Below, piece after piece: positions 38,222 through 48,372 of a stretch of DNA of 64,000 nt (positions are counted from its first letter, which is position 1; the number at the start of each line of letters is the position of its first letter). Position numbers and translations under genes: made by a program. The stretch is from contig URLV01000002.1 in assembly GCA_900548725.1 (NCBI GenBank), forward strand, positions 2,312 to 66,311, in the 5' to 3' direction. This stretch comes from an uncultured Mycoplasmatota bacterium (GTDB lineage: Bacteria; Bacillota_I; Bacilli_A; RF39; UBA660). Below the pieces are notes generated by a model. It worked only from the letters and a program-made list of their open reading frames with translations. It was not told the origin of the DNA and made no database searches.

Positions 38222-40483
38222 TTATTCATCTTGGAAGAAATCATCAAAATATTGATCATCTGTAATATTTGCATTACTATTAGTATTATTTACAATAGTT
38301 TTATCTTCCAATTTATTTTTATCTTCTATTTTATCATTAGAATTTTCCATAAGTAAATCATTAAATGTTTTTGAAACATCTTTATTAGCATCATTGGCAT
38401 TTGCATCTAATATTTCAATATCATCAGACTTATCATTTTTCTGATTCATACTTTCATCCAAGTCAAATTTAAATTCTTCAAGAACTTTATCCATATCTTT
38501 CTTTTCGATTTCTGGAACTTCTTCTTTTTTACCTGCATTTTCTTTTTCAAGTCTTTCTTCTTCTTCAAGTTCTGCAATCTTAGCATCAATTTTTTTCAAA
38601 AGTTCATCAACATCTACTTCTCCACCACCATCAAATGGATTTGGAGGAAGACTATTATTTGAACTAACGGAATTTTGAAATGGATTAAATTTTTCTCCAC
38701 CAAATGGATTAGCACCACCAGGTAATCCAAAACCACCACCAAATGGACTTTGGTTATTCATTCCATCCATAACTTTATTTTTTCTTCTTTTATCTACAAA
38801 ATCTTTTAAATCAAATATTCCAATTTCACCTTTTGCACGTTCAGGAAATTCTGCTAAAGGAAATTTTTCACCCCAGTCAATTTCAAAGCTAGGTTTTAAT
38901 TTAGTTTTAAATGGATTTAATCTTGAACGCATAATAATTGCTTCAAACAATTTCATTTTTTGTAAATCACTAACTGTTACAAGAGGAGTTGAAGCAGTTT
39001 TTTCTTTATCTTTACTCTTCCTTTCCCCGCATAATTTACTAATTTCTTCAAGAGCAGCAAGCTCAGTCGTTAATAAGTAAATTAAATTACCACAGTTACT
39101 ACGTATAGTCTCTGCATCTTCTTTACCATAAACATCATTTAATTGCGCAAAATTCTGAATTATAAACGTAAATCTAATTTGTCTACTACGTGCAGCAGTT
39201 ACCATTGTTGTAACATCTTTTAAAGGAGGCATATTTGCAAACTCATCTAATATAAAATTTGTTCTAACAGGTAATTTGCCACCACATTCTTGTGCTACAT
39301 CAATAAGTGTTTCATAACATTGTTTAATGAATATTGTAGCTAATGCATGATATGTGGTTTTTTCATCATGAATTACCATAAATACAGCAGTAGGTTTCTT
39401 ACCTATATCTCTCATATTGAAATCACTTCTTGATAACATTTCAGACAATTGTTCACGAGAAGCAAATAATCTTATTTTTTGTCTAAATACAGATAAAATA
39501 CCCCCCTTTGTTTCCGTAGGAGAATTTATTGTGTTACTAGCAAATACATATGGTGTACTTGATTCACCTTTCATATTAAAATATTCTTTAATATAATTAC
39601 TAGGCGGACATTTATCTTCCCCAACAGTAGTTACATAATTTATTGAATTTAAATTAATTTCATCTTCTTTTGCATCTTCAAATAAACCTAAAGCAACACC
39701 AGAAAAATAATCAGCTGCACTATTTTCCCAAAACGGATCTTGTGCTTTTTTATCTTTTAAAATATTTAGTGCAACATCATCAACTAATTCTGTAGCTTTA
39801 TCAGTATTACCAGCTTTATATAACTGATATGGAAGTGTTAATGGATTCCAACAATTACCATGTTGTGGTTCACGGAAGTTAAGGACAATAATATCATATC
39901 CTCTATCTCTTAACATATTTGAATGCTCTTTATATATTTCACCTTTAGGATCAGTAATAATCATACTTTCTTTAGCTTTAGCTAAACTATAAACTAATGG
40001 ATCTACAACACTTTTAGTTTTACCACTACCAGTAGCACCAATAACTAATGTATGATTTTCACTATTATCAACCCACATATCTTTACCATTATTTATTAAT
40101 ACTGCACCAGCTGCTTTACAATCCTTTTCACTAATAGGAACTCTAACTACTTTTGGAGCATTTTTTATTTCTTTTTCTTTAGACCATCTAGCATAACCTT
40201 TTTCATCTTTTTCACCAATATTTAATCCAAAGCCTTTACCCTTTTCTCTATCAAATATATAACTTGATACACTCGCAAAAATAGCAATTAAAATAATAAA
40301 AAACAATAATAATGTACCAAATATATATTTAGGCCCAAAACCTAAAAATGGATTAACTCCTAAAAACTCACCAGTATTAATTATACTAACTGCATTACTA
40401 ACCGCAATACTAGACATAAATAATAAAAATATACAAAATACCACAAATATTATTAAATCCTTAGAACTTACATTAAATTTCAT
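38222..40483 (-). CDS. type IV coupling protein, VirD4/TraG family, with long low-complexity C-terminal tail
   Basis: Two N-terminal TM segments, Walker A VIGATGSGKTKS, Walker B FILDEFANMPPL. The start is probably ATG 40483 (GAAGGGA RBS). The C-terminal ~200 aa are Gly/Asn/Asp/Glu-rich. Confidence 0.85.
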   Translation of the reverse strand: MKFNVSSKDLIIFVVFCIFLLFMSSIAVSNAVSIINTGEFLGVNPFLGFGPKYIFGTLLLFFIILIAIFASVSSYIFDREKGKGFGLNIGEKDEKGYARWSKEKEIKNAPKVVRVPISEKDCKAAGAVLINNGKDMWVDNSENHTLVIGATGSGKTKSVVDPLVYSLAKAKESMIITDPKGEIYKEHSNMLRDRGYDIIVLNFREPQHGNCWNPLTLPYQLYKAGNTDKATELVDDVALNILKDKKAQDPFWENSAADYFSGVALGLFEDAKEDEINLNSINYVTTVGEDKCPPSNYIKEYFNMKGESSTPYVFASNTINSPTETKGGILSVFRQKIRLFASREQLSEMLSRSDFNMRDIGKKPTAVFMVIHDEKTTYHALATIFIKQCYETLIDVAQECGGKLPVRTNFILDEFANMPPLKDVTTMVTAARSRQIRFTFIIQNFAQLNDVYGKEDAETIRSNCGNLIYLLTTELAALEEISKLCGERKSKDKEKTASTPLVTVSDLQKMKLFEAIIMRSRLNPFKTKLKPSFEIDWGEKFPLAEFPERAKGEIGIFDLKDFVDKRRKNKVMDGMNNQSPFGGGFGLPGGANPFGGEKFNPFQNSVSSNNSLPPNPFDGGGEVDVDELLKKIDAKIAELEEEERLEKENAGKKEEVPEIEKKDMDKVLEEFKFDLDESMNQKNDKSDDIEILDANANDANKDVSKTFNDLLMENSNDKIEDKNKLEDKTIVNNTNSNANITDDQYFDDFFQDE

Positions 40484-40538
40484 TCTTAACATCCCTTCAA
40501 TACAATTATTATAAAACAAATAGTATATTTTTTCTATA

Positions 40539-41195
40539 CTATTTATTAGATTTTTTTACCTTATTATAAATTACCACAAAAGAAAATAATATTGTTATAA
40601 CAATTAAATAAATTATAATAACAAAAAATTTAGAAACATTACTTTGATTATTAATATTATTTTTATTAATTTTTAAAGATATTTTAATAGGCTTACTATT
40701 GTAATTTGTTCTATCAATATTCCATATATATGTATTACCATCTTTATTATCATAATTGCCACTCAACTTATAATCGGTTTTAACTGTAATATTAATATTC
40801 GATAAATAATTATAGTACTCAAAACACTTAAAATTATCCGAAGTATTTATATTTAAATAACCACTATTAGTATATACATCAACATTCTCATAACATTCTT
40901 TTAATAAAATTGATTGACCATAATTATTAAAATTGTATTTATTATAATAATTTATACCATATACATTATTATTATCTATATTTTCAATCAATAAATTATC
41001 TTTATTATTAATACTTTCTATTGCACCATATAAATTAGCATTAAAATCACTAATTAATTTATCATAATCTTCTTCATTTTTATTTATTAAAATACTACTT
41101 TTTTCTTCTATACCATCATCATTTATAATGATATCATAATTAGCAGAACAAGCCGTACATAATATTACTATAAAGATCAACATTATTTTTTTCAT
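40539..41195 (-). CDS. putative lipoprotein with C-terminal TM anchor
   Basis: MKKIMLIFIVILCTAC lipobox-like signal and a C-terminal hydrophobic segment FFVIIIYLIVITILFSFVVIY. Confidence 0.55.
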   Translation of the reverse strand: MKKIMLIFIVILCTACSANYDIIINDDGIEEKSSILINKNEEDYDKLISDFNANLYGAIESINNKDNLLIENIDNNNVYGINYYNKYNFNNYGQSILLKECYENVDVYTNSGYLNINTSDNFKCFEYYNYLSNINITVKTDYKLSGNYDNKDGNTYIWNIDRTNYNSKPIKISLKINKNNINNQSNVSKFFVIIIYLIVITILFSFVVIYNKVKKSNK

Positions 41196-41203
41196 TCATC
41201 CTC

Positions 41204-42625
41204 CTAATGATTTGTATAACTAAAGTGCATTGGATCATAATATTTTTTACTCCAATCTCCACCCCAATAAAATCCGTGATTTTTCCATATTGCTACAACC
41301 CTATCATTATTATAAAAAGCACTATTTTTATCAGGCGATCTTCCCCAATACACTGCAGGATTATCATTAGCGTTTAAGTCTATTGCTACACCATAACTAT
41401 GATGAGATCTGCTTCCTGTTCCACTTGCTTGTTGTCTCCAACTATAAGCATATGCATCCTTTACAGGAAATTTTATTGCAGCAAGTTCATTAAATACAGC
41501 TTCCACCTCACTAGCAATATTTTTATGAAGAGTAATTTTAATATTTCTTACACTTCCATCTTGTTTACAAGCAGGAACAGTTATTGTAGTTAGATATTTT
41601 GACATTTGAGATTCAGAATTTGGAGTTCCATCAGGAAATAAATATTTCATTCTATCACCTTTACTTATTTTAGCTGCTTCACCCACTTCTCCCGATATAT
41701 TCCCAGAATTTAAATATATTTTACTATATATTTCATTCAAAGGACTATCAACATTTTCAAGAACTTTATCTTGAAATTCATTTTTTAACTTTGTATCAAC
41801 CTCAGTATTACCAGTAGGTTTAATATAAAAATTATATTCACTCATAATATTCTTTATAGTATTAATACCTTCATCAACAGTTTCTAAATCTGTTATCGTA
41901 ATAACATAAATAGAGTCTTTATTTAATTCACTATTTCCTAAATCTGTATCATTTAAATATACTAATTTATTAGCAATTTCTTCCTCCGTTACCATACCAC
42001 CCTTACTTGATAATTCAGTATTATTAGTTAGTCCCATATTGACATCATCAGGTTCTGCAAATACAGTCATAAAAATCATAATAAATAATAAAAATCCTGC
42101 AAAACTTCCAACAATAATTAATTTCATTTTAAATGACAATAAATTATTTGCCTTAAAAGAACCACTCCCAAATAAACTACTTTTATTATTACTTTTACCC
42201 TTTAACTTAGATAAATTATTTAATATATTAGATTTATTAGAACTATTATTAGTATTAGTAGTAGAATTATTACTAGATATTTGCCCACTCGCCATATTAT
42301 AAGCATCCTTAACACCTCTTGCTGTATCAGTAATTCCAACATCATCTGCCTTTTTAGCAATATCTCCAATCGGTGTTTTAGATAACATACCAGCAGCTTT
42401 ATTAACAGATTTATCCCATTTCTTTTGTGCCATCTTACCAACTATAGGTACACTTGTAACTGTATTTTTTACTTTACTAAAAGCACCAGCAGTATAAATA
42501 TCAAGCCCTGTTTCTAAACCAACATCTACAGCTTTAGCAGTAGATTCTTTTTTTTGCTCTTTTTCACTTTTTTCTTCTTCTCTAACTACATCATTATTAT
42601 TTCTACTAGCTCTATATGTACCCAT
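41204..42625 (-). CDS. bitopic protein with C-terminal M15-family (VanY/L-Ala-D-Glu peptidase-like) wall hydrolase domain
   Basis: Central TM segment LIIVGSFAGFLLFIMIFMTVFA. C-terminal SRSHHSYGVAIDLN (SxHxxGxAxD) and GGDW...DPMHFSY motifs. Confidence 0.7.
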   Translation of the reverse strand: MGTYRASRNNNDVVREEEKSEKEQKKESTAKAVDVGLETGLDIYTAGAFSKVKNTVTSVPIVGKMAQKKWDKSVNKAAGMLSKTPIGDIAKKADDVGITDTARGVKDAYNMASGQISSNNSTTNTNNSSNKSNILNNLSKLKGKSNNKSSLFGSGSFKANNLLSFKMKLIIVGSFAGFLLFIMIFMTVFAEPDDVNMGLTNNTELSSKGGMVTEEEIANKLVYLNDTDLGNSELNKDSIYVITITDLETVDEGINTIKNIMSEYNFYIKPTGNTEVDTKLKNEFQDKVLENVDSPLNEIYSKIYLNSGNISGEVGEAAKISKGDRMKYLFPDGTPNSESQMSKYLTTITVPACKQDGSVRNIKITLHKNIASEVEAVFNELAAIKFPVKDAYAYSWRQQASGTGSRSHHSYGVAIDLNANDNPAVYWGRSPDKNSAFYNNDRVVAIWKNHGFYWGGDWSKKYYDPMHFSYTNH

Positions 42626-42641
42626 AATTTCACCACCTAAC

Positions 42642-43136
42642 TCACTTAATTTCTACAGTATAATCATCTAAATAAACCTCATAATTCATAATAGAATTTT
42701 CTTTAAATATAAATTGATTCTTGTTATTAGCAATAACGTTATAAACTTTCTTTCCATTAATACTAGAAACACTATATTTATCTATACCCAATGAATAAGT
42801 ATACTCTGTCACATTATTATCTAAATAACTTAAAAAATTATCATAATTATTAAATCTTTTTTCTCTATAATCTTTATTTAACAAATTATAAGCTTCTTCT
42901 TTATTATTAATTAATATATTTTTATAATCATTAAAATATTTTCTTATAACATCTTCAGTTGAAATATATAAATAATTAATTTCATTGATATCATAATGAT
43001 CTTTAATACCAAACTCATTATCTATATTTTTATCTTCACCAAAATTATAATTTGATAAAATAACAATTAAAATTACAATAAATACTAATGACAAACATAC
43101 AACAATTATTTTTTTATTATATTTTAAATCATTCAT
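42642..43136 (-). CDS. N-terminally anchored small protein in the VirB8/TcpC/PrgL-equivalent position (paralog of the next ORF)
   Basis: Single N-terminal TM segment plus a ~130-aa ectodomain. ATG 43136 has a GGAGG RBS and overlaps the upstream stop (ATGAATGA). Confidence 0.5.
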   Translation of the reverse strand: MNDLKYNKKIIVVCLSLVFIVILIVILSNYNFGEDKNIDNEFGIKDHYDINEINYLYISTEDVIRKYFNDYKNILINNKEEAYNLLNKDYREKRFNNYDNFLSYLDNNVTEYTYSLGIDKYSVSSINGKKVYNVIANNKNQFIFKENSIMNYEVYLDDYTVEIK

Positions 43137-43644
43137 TACTAACCTCCATATATTTATTACCATCAATAGGAGTTATACTAAATAAATTATTAGTTAAATC
43201 AAATTTAACAATATAATACTTATCAATTTTATCATTACTAATATTATCCAATTCATCACTAACTAAATATCCCTTAACATAATAATTAATAACTTTTTCA
43301 CTTAATTCAGTATAAAATACTTTCTTAGTAATGTAATTATAGTTACCATCTAAATTATCTACATAATTACTGACATTATCTGAAGAAATATTATTTTCCT
43401 CTACATAGTTTTTATCTAACAACTTCAAAACATTATCATATTTATTATTTTGTAAAGAAGTAACATACTTATTTATACAAGAATTTATTGTAAAAAATCT
43501 AGAATAATCATTTAATAAATAATATTTAGTTTCTTCTTTATCATCATTATTAGATTCTGTTTTATTTAAATACAATAATCCCAAAACAGAAACTAATATA
43601 CAAGTTATAATTATTAATAATATATAATTATCTTTTTTTTTCAT
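43129..43644 (-). CDS. N-terminally anchored small protein in the VirB8/TcpC/PrgL-equivalent position
   Basis: Single N-terminal TM segment plus a ~130-aa ectodomain. Same architecture and similar size as the neighbouring ORF. Confidence 0.5.
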   Translation of the reverse strand: MKKKDNYILLIIITCILVSVLGLLYLNKTESNNDDKEETKYYLLNDYSRFFTINSCINKYVTSLQNNKYDNVLKLLDKNYVEENNISSDNVSNYVDNLDGNYNYITKKVFYTELSEKVINYYVKGYLVSDELDNISNDKIDKYYIVKFDLTNNLFSITPIDGNKYMEVSNE

Positions 43645-43653
43645 ATTTAACTC

Positions 43654-45693
43654 CTAACAATTATCCGAATAAGTATATTTACCATTATGAAATAAATTCC
43701 AAGTTGCCTCGGCTCTACCATTTTGAGTTGATGGATTACTCTTAAAATAATGCCAAGATGGTTTTCCTCCAGATATACTATAGACAACATCTCTCAATGT
43801 ATCAGTATTACCATATTGTTTATACATTTTTGGAAAATTACCAATATTACCAAATTGATATGAAATCATAATTAAACAATCAATTTGATATTGTTCTAAT
43901 GTAACTCCTTCTTTTGATAATTTATTTTTTACACTCTCAGAAAAAGAATTTACTTCATCACTTTCAACCTTATCAACAATATCAATTGGTATTAAACTTC
44001 CAAACGACATACCATTAACATCTATTCCATATTTTTTAAAATTTTCTATATTATATTTAAGAGCTACTCCATAACCAACTGTAGGAATCCCATATCCATC
44101 ATCATCAACAACATAATTATTTCCACTAGTTTTTGCAGAACAACCACCTTCGAAATAATGAAGCATTTTTAAAAATTCACTACCCGCTGTTCCACCTGAA
44201 CTACATGTACCACCACTCGACCTAGGAGATGATTGACTTACAAAATTTAACGGATCTTGAACAGAACTAGATTCCTGTTCTCCTACACGAACTTCAAAAT
44301 GCAAATGAGGTCCAGTACTACTACCAGTACTACCAACTTTTGCAATAACTTGACCTGCTATAACAGAATCACCCTCGTTAACCATAACACTATCTTCATA
44401 CAAATGAGCATATAAAGTATAATTACCATCCTGATGCTCAATAATTATATGATTACCATATCCTCCGCCACAACTTGTATTACCTTCTATACATCCAGTT
44501 ACAACTTTAGAAATTACACCATTTTTAACTGCAATAACATTAGTAGTACCTCTTGTAGCACCAATATCTATACCATTGTGATTACGTTCTTTACCACTTA
44601 TAGGATGAGTACGCTTACCAAATTGACTTGTAATAGACGTAGTTTCAGGTTCTTCTATAGCAATTTGTTTACCGTCGCTATCAGAAACATTTGAACTACC
44701 AATTGGCCACAAATATCCATCAGAACACATTTTATTATATTGATCGCTTATACCTTTATAATACTCTAATACTTCTTTAATTCCTTTAATAATACGTCTA
44801 CGAACTTCTTTTATTTCTTCATTATACTTTTCATATGTAGTAGTATCAGCTTCTAATTCTTTCATAGTTTTATATTTGGTTTTTGCTAAAACGGAAATAT
44901 AATAATCTTGTAAATGACTTTTATTATCAAGATAATTTGTATTTTCTAAAAAATCCCAATAAAACTCCTCATTTACCTCTTTATCAGAATTAACTTTAAT
45001 ATTTGAATTATTATATCCTTTTTCTTTAGCCAAAGAACTGCATCTATTTTTGGCAGAATCACTATCAAAATTTAAACCCAATTTATCCCAAAAATTACTT
45101 TTCAAAGTATCATCAATAACAATGACACATTTATTATCTATTAATGTTTTCCCAGAAGAACAAGTATCATTAGAAGGAGTTTCCTCAGTTTCAGTATAAC
45201 AAGTTGTTTTATAACCAATAAAAGCATTAATTAAGGTTTTTAAACTATTAGTTTCATTTTTAAAATATTCTTTAGCACTTTCATCAACTTCTCCTAAATA
45301 AGTTGAATCATCATCATTAGCATCCAAATTATATGGATTAGATTCATTATCAATAGGATCACGAAATGAATCACTATCAAGACCATAAAAAACAGTTGCA
45401 ATTATAATATTATCATCAATTAATTTTTGACTAGGATACTGACTTTGAACTTTAGCAAGTAACTTATATAATTGTGTATAAAATTTCTTCTTAGTAGCTA
45501 AAACTCTATCAACACAATTAGGATCTTTACTAGTTTCACAACTACTTACCCAAAAAGTTTTATTCTTACTAGCAAACTCATCCCAATCAAAATCACTATA
45601 TTTAAAACTAGCAGCATCTACTTTAACACTAAAAAAAGTTACAAAAAGAAAAACTACTAAAAGTCCAATAACTCTAAATATATTTCTTTTCAT
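43654..45693 (-). CDS. secreted bifunctional peptidoglycan hydrolase: M23 (LytM) endopeptidase + lysozyme-like (GH24-type) domain
   Basis: Signal peptide. HNGIDIG (HxxxD) and GPHLHFEV (HxH) M23 motifs. C-terminal YFEGG...VVDDDGYGIPTVGYG resembles the T4-lysozyme E-D-T spacing. Confidence 0.75.
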   Translation of the reverse strand: MKRNIFRVIGLLVVFLFVTFFSVKVDAASFKYSDFDWDEFASKNKTFWVSSCETSKDPNCVDRVLATKKKFYTQLYKLLAKVQSQYPSQKLIDDNIIIATVFYGLDSDSFRDPIDNESNPYNLDANDDDSTYLGEVDESAKEYFKNETNSLKTLINAFIGYKTTCYTETEETPSNDTCSSGKTLIDNKCVIVIDDTLKSNFWDKLGLNFDSDSAKNRCSSLAKEKGYNNSNIKVNSDKEVNEEFYWDFLENTNYLDNKSHLQDYYISVLAKTKYKTMKELEADTTTYEKYNEEIKEVRRRIIKGIKEVLEYYKGISDQYNKMCSDGYLWPIGSSNVSDSDGKQIAIEEPETTSITSQFGKRTHPISGKERNHNGIDIGATRGTTNVIAVKNGVISKVVTGCIEGNTSCGGGYGNHIIIEHQDGNYTLYAHLYEDSVMVNEGDSVIAGQVIAKVGSTGSSTGPHLHFEVRVGEQESSSVQDPLNFVSQSSPRSSGGTCSSGGTAGSEFLKMLHYFEGGCSAKTSGNNYVVDDDGYGIPTVGYGVALKYNIENFKKYGIDVNGMSFGSLIPIDIVDKVESDEVNSFSESVKNKLSKEGVTLEQYQIDCLIMISYQFGNIGNFPKMYKQYGNTDTLRDVVYSISGGKPSWHYFKSNPSTQNGRAEATWNLFHNGKYTYSDNC

Positions 45694-45709
45694 AACTTAT
45701 CACCACCTA

Positions 45710-47512
45710 TTAAAGTCCTCCACCAGTACCAAATGAATCTAACTCTTCTTGAGTTAATACCACATTTATTCTCATACGTCTAGCTCCGCAAACAAACAAT
45801 GCTTCACCTTGACTATAGCCTTTTATACTTTCCTTTTCATTATCATTCAAATCTATTAATTTACTTAAATCTTCAACAGCTTGTTTCTTAAGTCCCATAA
45901 CTAGATAATATGATGCATTATCAAATATTGCTTTACCATGCACTATAACATTTTCAGCAGCAAAATCTGTAGGTTGTTGAGTAATTATTATAGTACCAGT
46001 ATTATATTTTCTGCTACGTCTTTGCATTTGAGCTAAAAATTCAGCACCCAACTCATTTCTACCACCAAGTAACACATGAGCTTCATCAACCATAAGCACT
46101 GTATTAACACTAGGATCTAAACATAAACCCCAAGCATATTTTAATATATTAAAGAACAATGCATTTCTTATACTCTCATCACTATTCATTAATTCTCTTA
46201 TATTAAATACCATAAAGTCACTATCTTGTCTAATAGTTGTATGACCATTAAAATAGTATCTTAATTCTTTTACAAATGGACGAATTTTAAGTTCAAGCCT
46301 TTCCATAACATCTTTTTCACGTGTGGCTTCAGGCATAGATAATAATCTTCCTTTAATAGTACTATATACATCATCAAACGTTGGATAATCCCTAGATGTA
46401 AAATTACTAAAATCAGTATTAAAATCTATATTAAAACGTTTATAAGTATCTTGAACAACTTCACTAAACATTGCAAGGACATCTTCTTCAACATTAGGAC
46501 TATAATATTTCAAAAATGCTTTCAATGATTGTAAAGTACGTGTAAGTATAGTATAACCTAACCCTTGTTTTAATTCATCTTCATCAGCATCTGCAATTAC
46601 TTCAAGTGGATTAATTATACCAAAATCTCCACCTTTACCTAAATCAATAAAATCTCCACCAAAGGCTTTCGTCATTTCTTCTAATTCACCTTCAGGATCA
46701 ATACAAATTAATTGACAGCCATTACGTATGTGAGTTCTAAGCATCAATTTAGCAGCAGTACTTTTACCACTACCACTTGTACCTAAAATAATCATATTTG
46801 CATTATTTCTATTAAACTCTTTTTTTGTTTGATATAAAAATTGATTAAATAAAACAACTCCTCCAGAAAAATCTACTCCTAATAATGTTGGGGCAGTAAA
46901 CTCTCCACCCGGATCTTTTATGCTATCAAACACAAATGGATACATTGCAGCAATTGTAGGACTTGGTATAGGAATACCAACTCTTTCTTCAATATCTTGT
47001 TTTGGAAAAATTGGTATCATTGATTTAAGAACTTTTTCCTGTTCAAACATCATTGGTATACCTCTCATCCCTAATGCATCCAAGTAGTTTCTAGTTTGCA
47101 TTTTCTTAATTTCTAATTCTTCTTTTGAATCAGCGCTTAACATAACATGCATTTGAAAATCAAATATTTTAGATTGAGTAGCAGCAAGCATAGAAACAAA
47201 ACTTTCTAATGATTCATAATCTTGTCTTATTGATTCTTGCATTGTTCTATCATTTTCATGTTGATATCTTTCTTTTAAATCAGCAATCTCTTTATTAATC
47301 ATTTTACTCATAGTACTAAATTCAATAGGAATATGTTTAACAACAACTTTAACTCCAGGTAAATTAGTTATATTACTTAAAAAACCAGGAGGTATTAATT
47401 TAGGATAATTTATTATGGTAAGTATAGTACAATACTTATCACTTATAACAAAATCATTCAATTTAAAATCAATACCCTTAGGAGCAATTTCACTTTTAAA
47501 TGTACTAGACAC
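45710..47512 (-). CDS. VirB4-family T4SS ATPase, ATPase portion (600 aa, GTG start)
   Basis: Walker A ILGTSGSGKSTAAK and Walker B VLMVDEAHVLL. Starts at a GTG overlapping the upstream ORF by 8 nt. Confidence 0.85.
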   Translation of the reverse strand: MSSTFKSEIAPKGIDFKLNDFVISDKYCTILTIINYPKLIPPGFLSNITNLPGVKVVVKHIPIEFSTMSKMINKEIADLKERYQHENDRTMQESIRQDYESLESFVSMLAATQSKIFDFQMHVMLSADSKEELEIKKMQTRNYLDALGMRGIPMMFEQEKVLKSMIPIFPKQDIEERVGIPIPSPTIAAMYPFVFDSIKDPGGEFTAPTLLGVDFSGGVVLFNQFLYQTKKEFNRNNANMIILGTSGSGKSTAAKLMLRTHIRNGCQLICIDPEGELEEMTKAFGGDFIDLGKGGDFGIINPLEVIADADEDELKQGLGYTILTRTLQSLKAFLKYYSPNVEEDVLAMFSEVVQDTYKRFNIDFNTDFSNFTSRDYPTFDDVYSTIKGRLLSMPEATREKDVMERLELKIRPFVKELRYYFNGHTTIRQDSDFMVFNIRELMNSDESIRNALFFNILKYAWGLCLDPSVNTVLMVDEAHVLLGGRNELGAEFLAQMQRRSRKYNTGTIIITQQPTDFAAENVIVHGKAIFDNASYYLVMGLKKQAVEDLSKLIDLNDNEKESIKGYSQGEALFVCGARRMRINVVLTQEELDSFGTGGGL

Positions 47513-48062
47513 TACTCATCACCGTCCCAAACTCAGTTTTCATATTTCCATTAAAGAAACTATCTAATATAACTCTTAAATCATCATCACTAACTTGCCT
47601 AGAATTTAACCCACTAGTAGCTAAGTTAGCTATTAAATTATGTATTCTTTTTTGTAATATTTCCAATTTTTTATCTCTAAATAAAATATAATATTCAGTA
47701 TCAACTGCATTTACAGTAGTAGTTCTAAAACTTTCTCCTTTATCTATATCTTGTTGTATAAGTTTTCTAATTTGTTGAGTCTGTGCATTTGCATACATTA
47801 ATTGTAATTGAGCTAAATACATATTTATATCTACAGGTCTATCACATACCACTAACCAAAATTCATAATCTATTACGTTATAAAAATTTCTTAAGTTAAA
47901 TATTATATTATTTTGTTCTTGATAATCAAGTATAAATATATTTTTAGGTTCTATTCTTATTCCAGTAACGTAATAATTATTTTCTAATTGTATCATTCCA
48001 TTTTTTATATTTTTTATTGGAACCCAATCTTCTGTATATTTACTAGCATTATTTTTCGCCAT
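47505..48062 (-). CDS. VirB4 N-terminal domain encoded as a separate 185-aa ORF
   Basis: EDWVPIKNIKNGMIQLENNYYVTGIRIEPKNIFIL... looks like the N-terminal domain of single-chain Gram-positive VirB4 proteins (~780-830 aa). 185 + 600 aa adds up to that size. Confidence 0.6.
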   Translation of the reverse strand: MAKNNASKYTEDWVPIKNIKNGMIQLENNYYVTGIRIEPKNIFILDYQEQNNIIFNLRNFYNVIDYEFWLVVCDRPVDINMYLAQLQLMYANAQTQQIRKLIQQDIDKGESFRTTTVNAVDTEYYILFRDKKLEILQKRIHNLIANLATSGLNSRQVSDDDLRVILDSFFNGNMKTEFGTVMSSV

Positions 48063-48360
48063 GTTTCATACACCAACCTCTCCAAAAATATGTTCTTCTA
48101 TTTGTAAAATACATATATACATTTTTTATAAATGTTCTTATATTATGATGATTAGGTATAGGAAGTACTAAAAACGCTCCTATACATGCAGGACTTATTA
48201 TAAAGAGTAATTGTTTTAAACTATCTTTAGGTGTAAATAACAACAAGAATGTAAGTAAAAGTCCTGTACCAAATATAATCAAATCAGTAACATTGAAGAA
48301 ACCAAGTATCAACATTGATTTCTTCGAGTTAGCTGGTATCAAATAACTATTATTATCCAC
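48049..48360 (-). CDS. small two-TM protein, PrgI/VirB3-like by position
   Basis: 103 aa with two hydrophobic helices. Lies immediately upstream of, and overlaps, virB4, as PrgI and Orf17-type genes do. Confidence 0.5.
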   Translation of the reverse strand: MDNNSYLIPANSKKSMLILGFFNVTDLIIFGTGLLLTFLLLFTPKDSLKQLLFIISPACIGAFLVLPIPNHHNIRTFIKNVYMYFTNRRTYFWRGWCMKHGEK

Positions 48361-48372
48361 TTTTTATTCCTC

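Noticed and set aside
38205-38225. Terminator or att-like junction between the convergent GT2 and coupling-protein genes
   Set aside because: Only about 10 bp of T-rich sequence separates the two stops. I could find no hairpin or repeat.
47505-47512. Programmed +1 ribosomal frameshift joining the two VirB4 ORFs (prfB-like, shift at GTC-TAG)
   Set aside because: There is no slippery P-site codon that could re-pair in the +1 frame, and no upstream SD-like stimulator at prfB-type spacing. A GTG start with GGTGA upstream, or a simple indel, explains the arrangement more economically.
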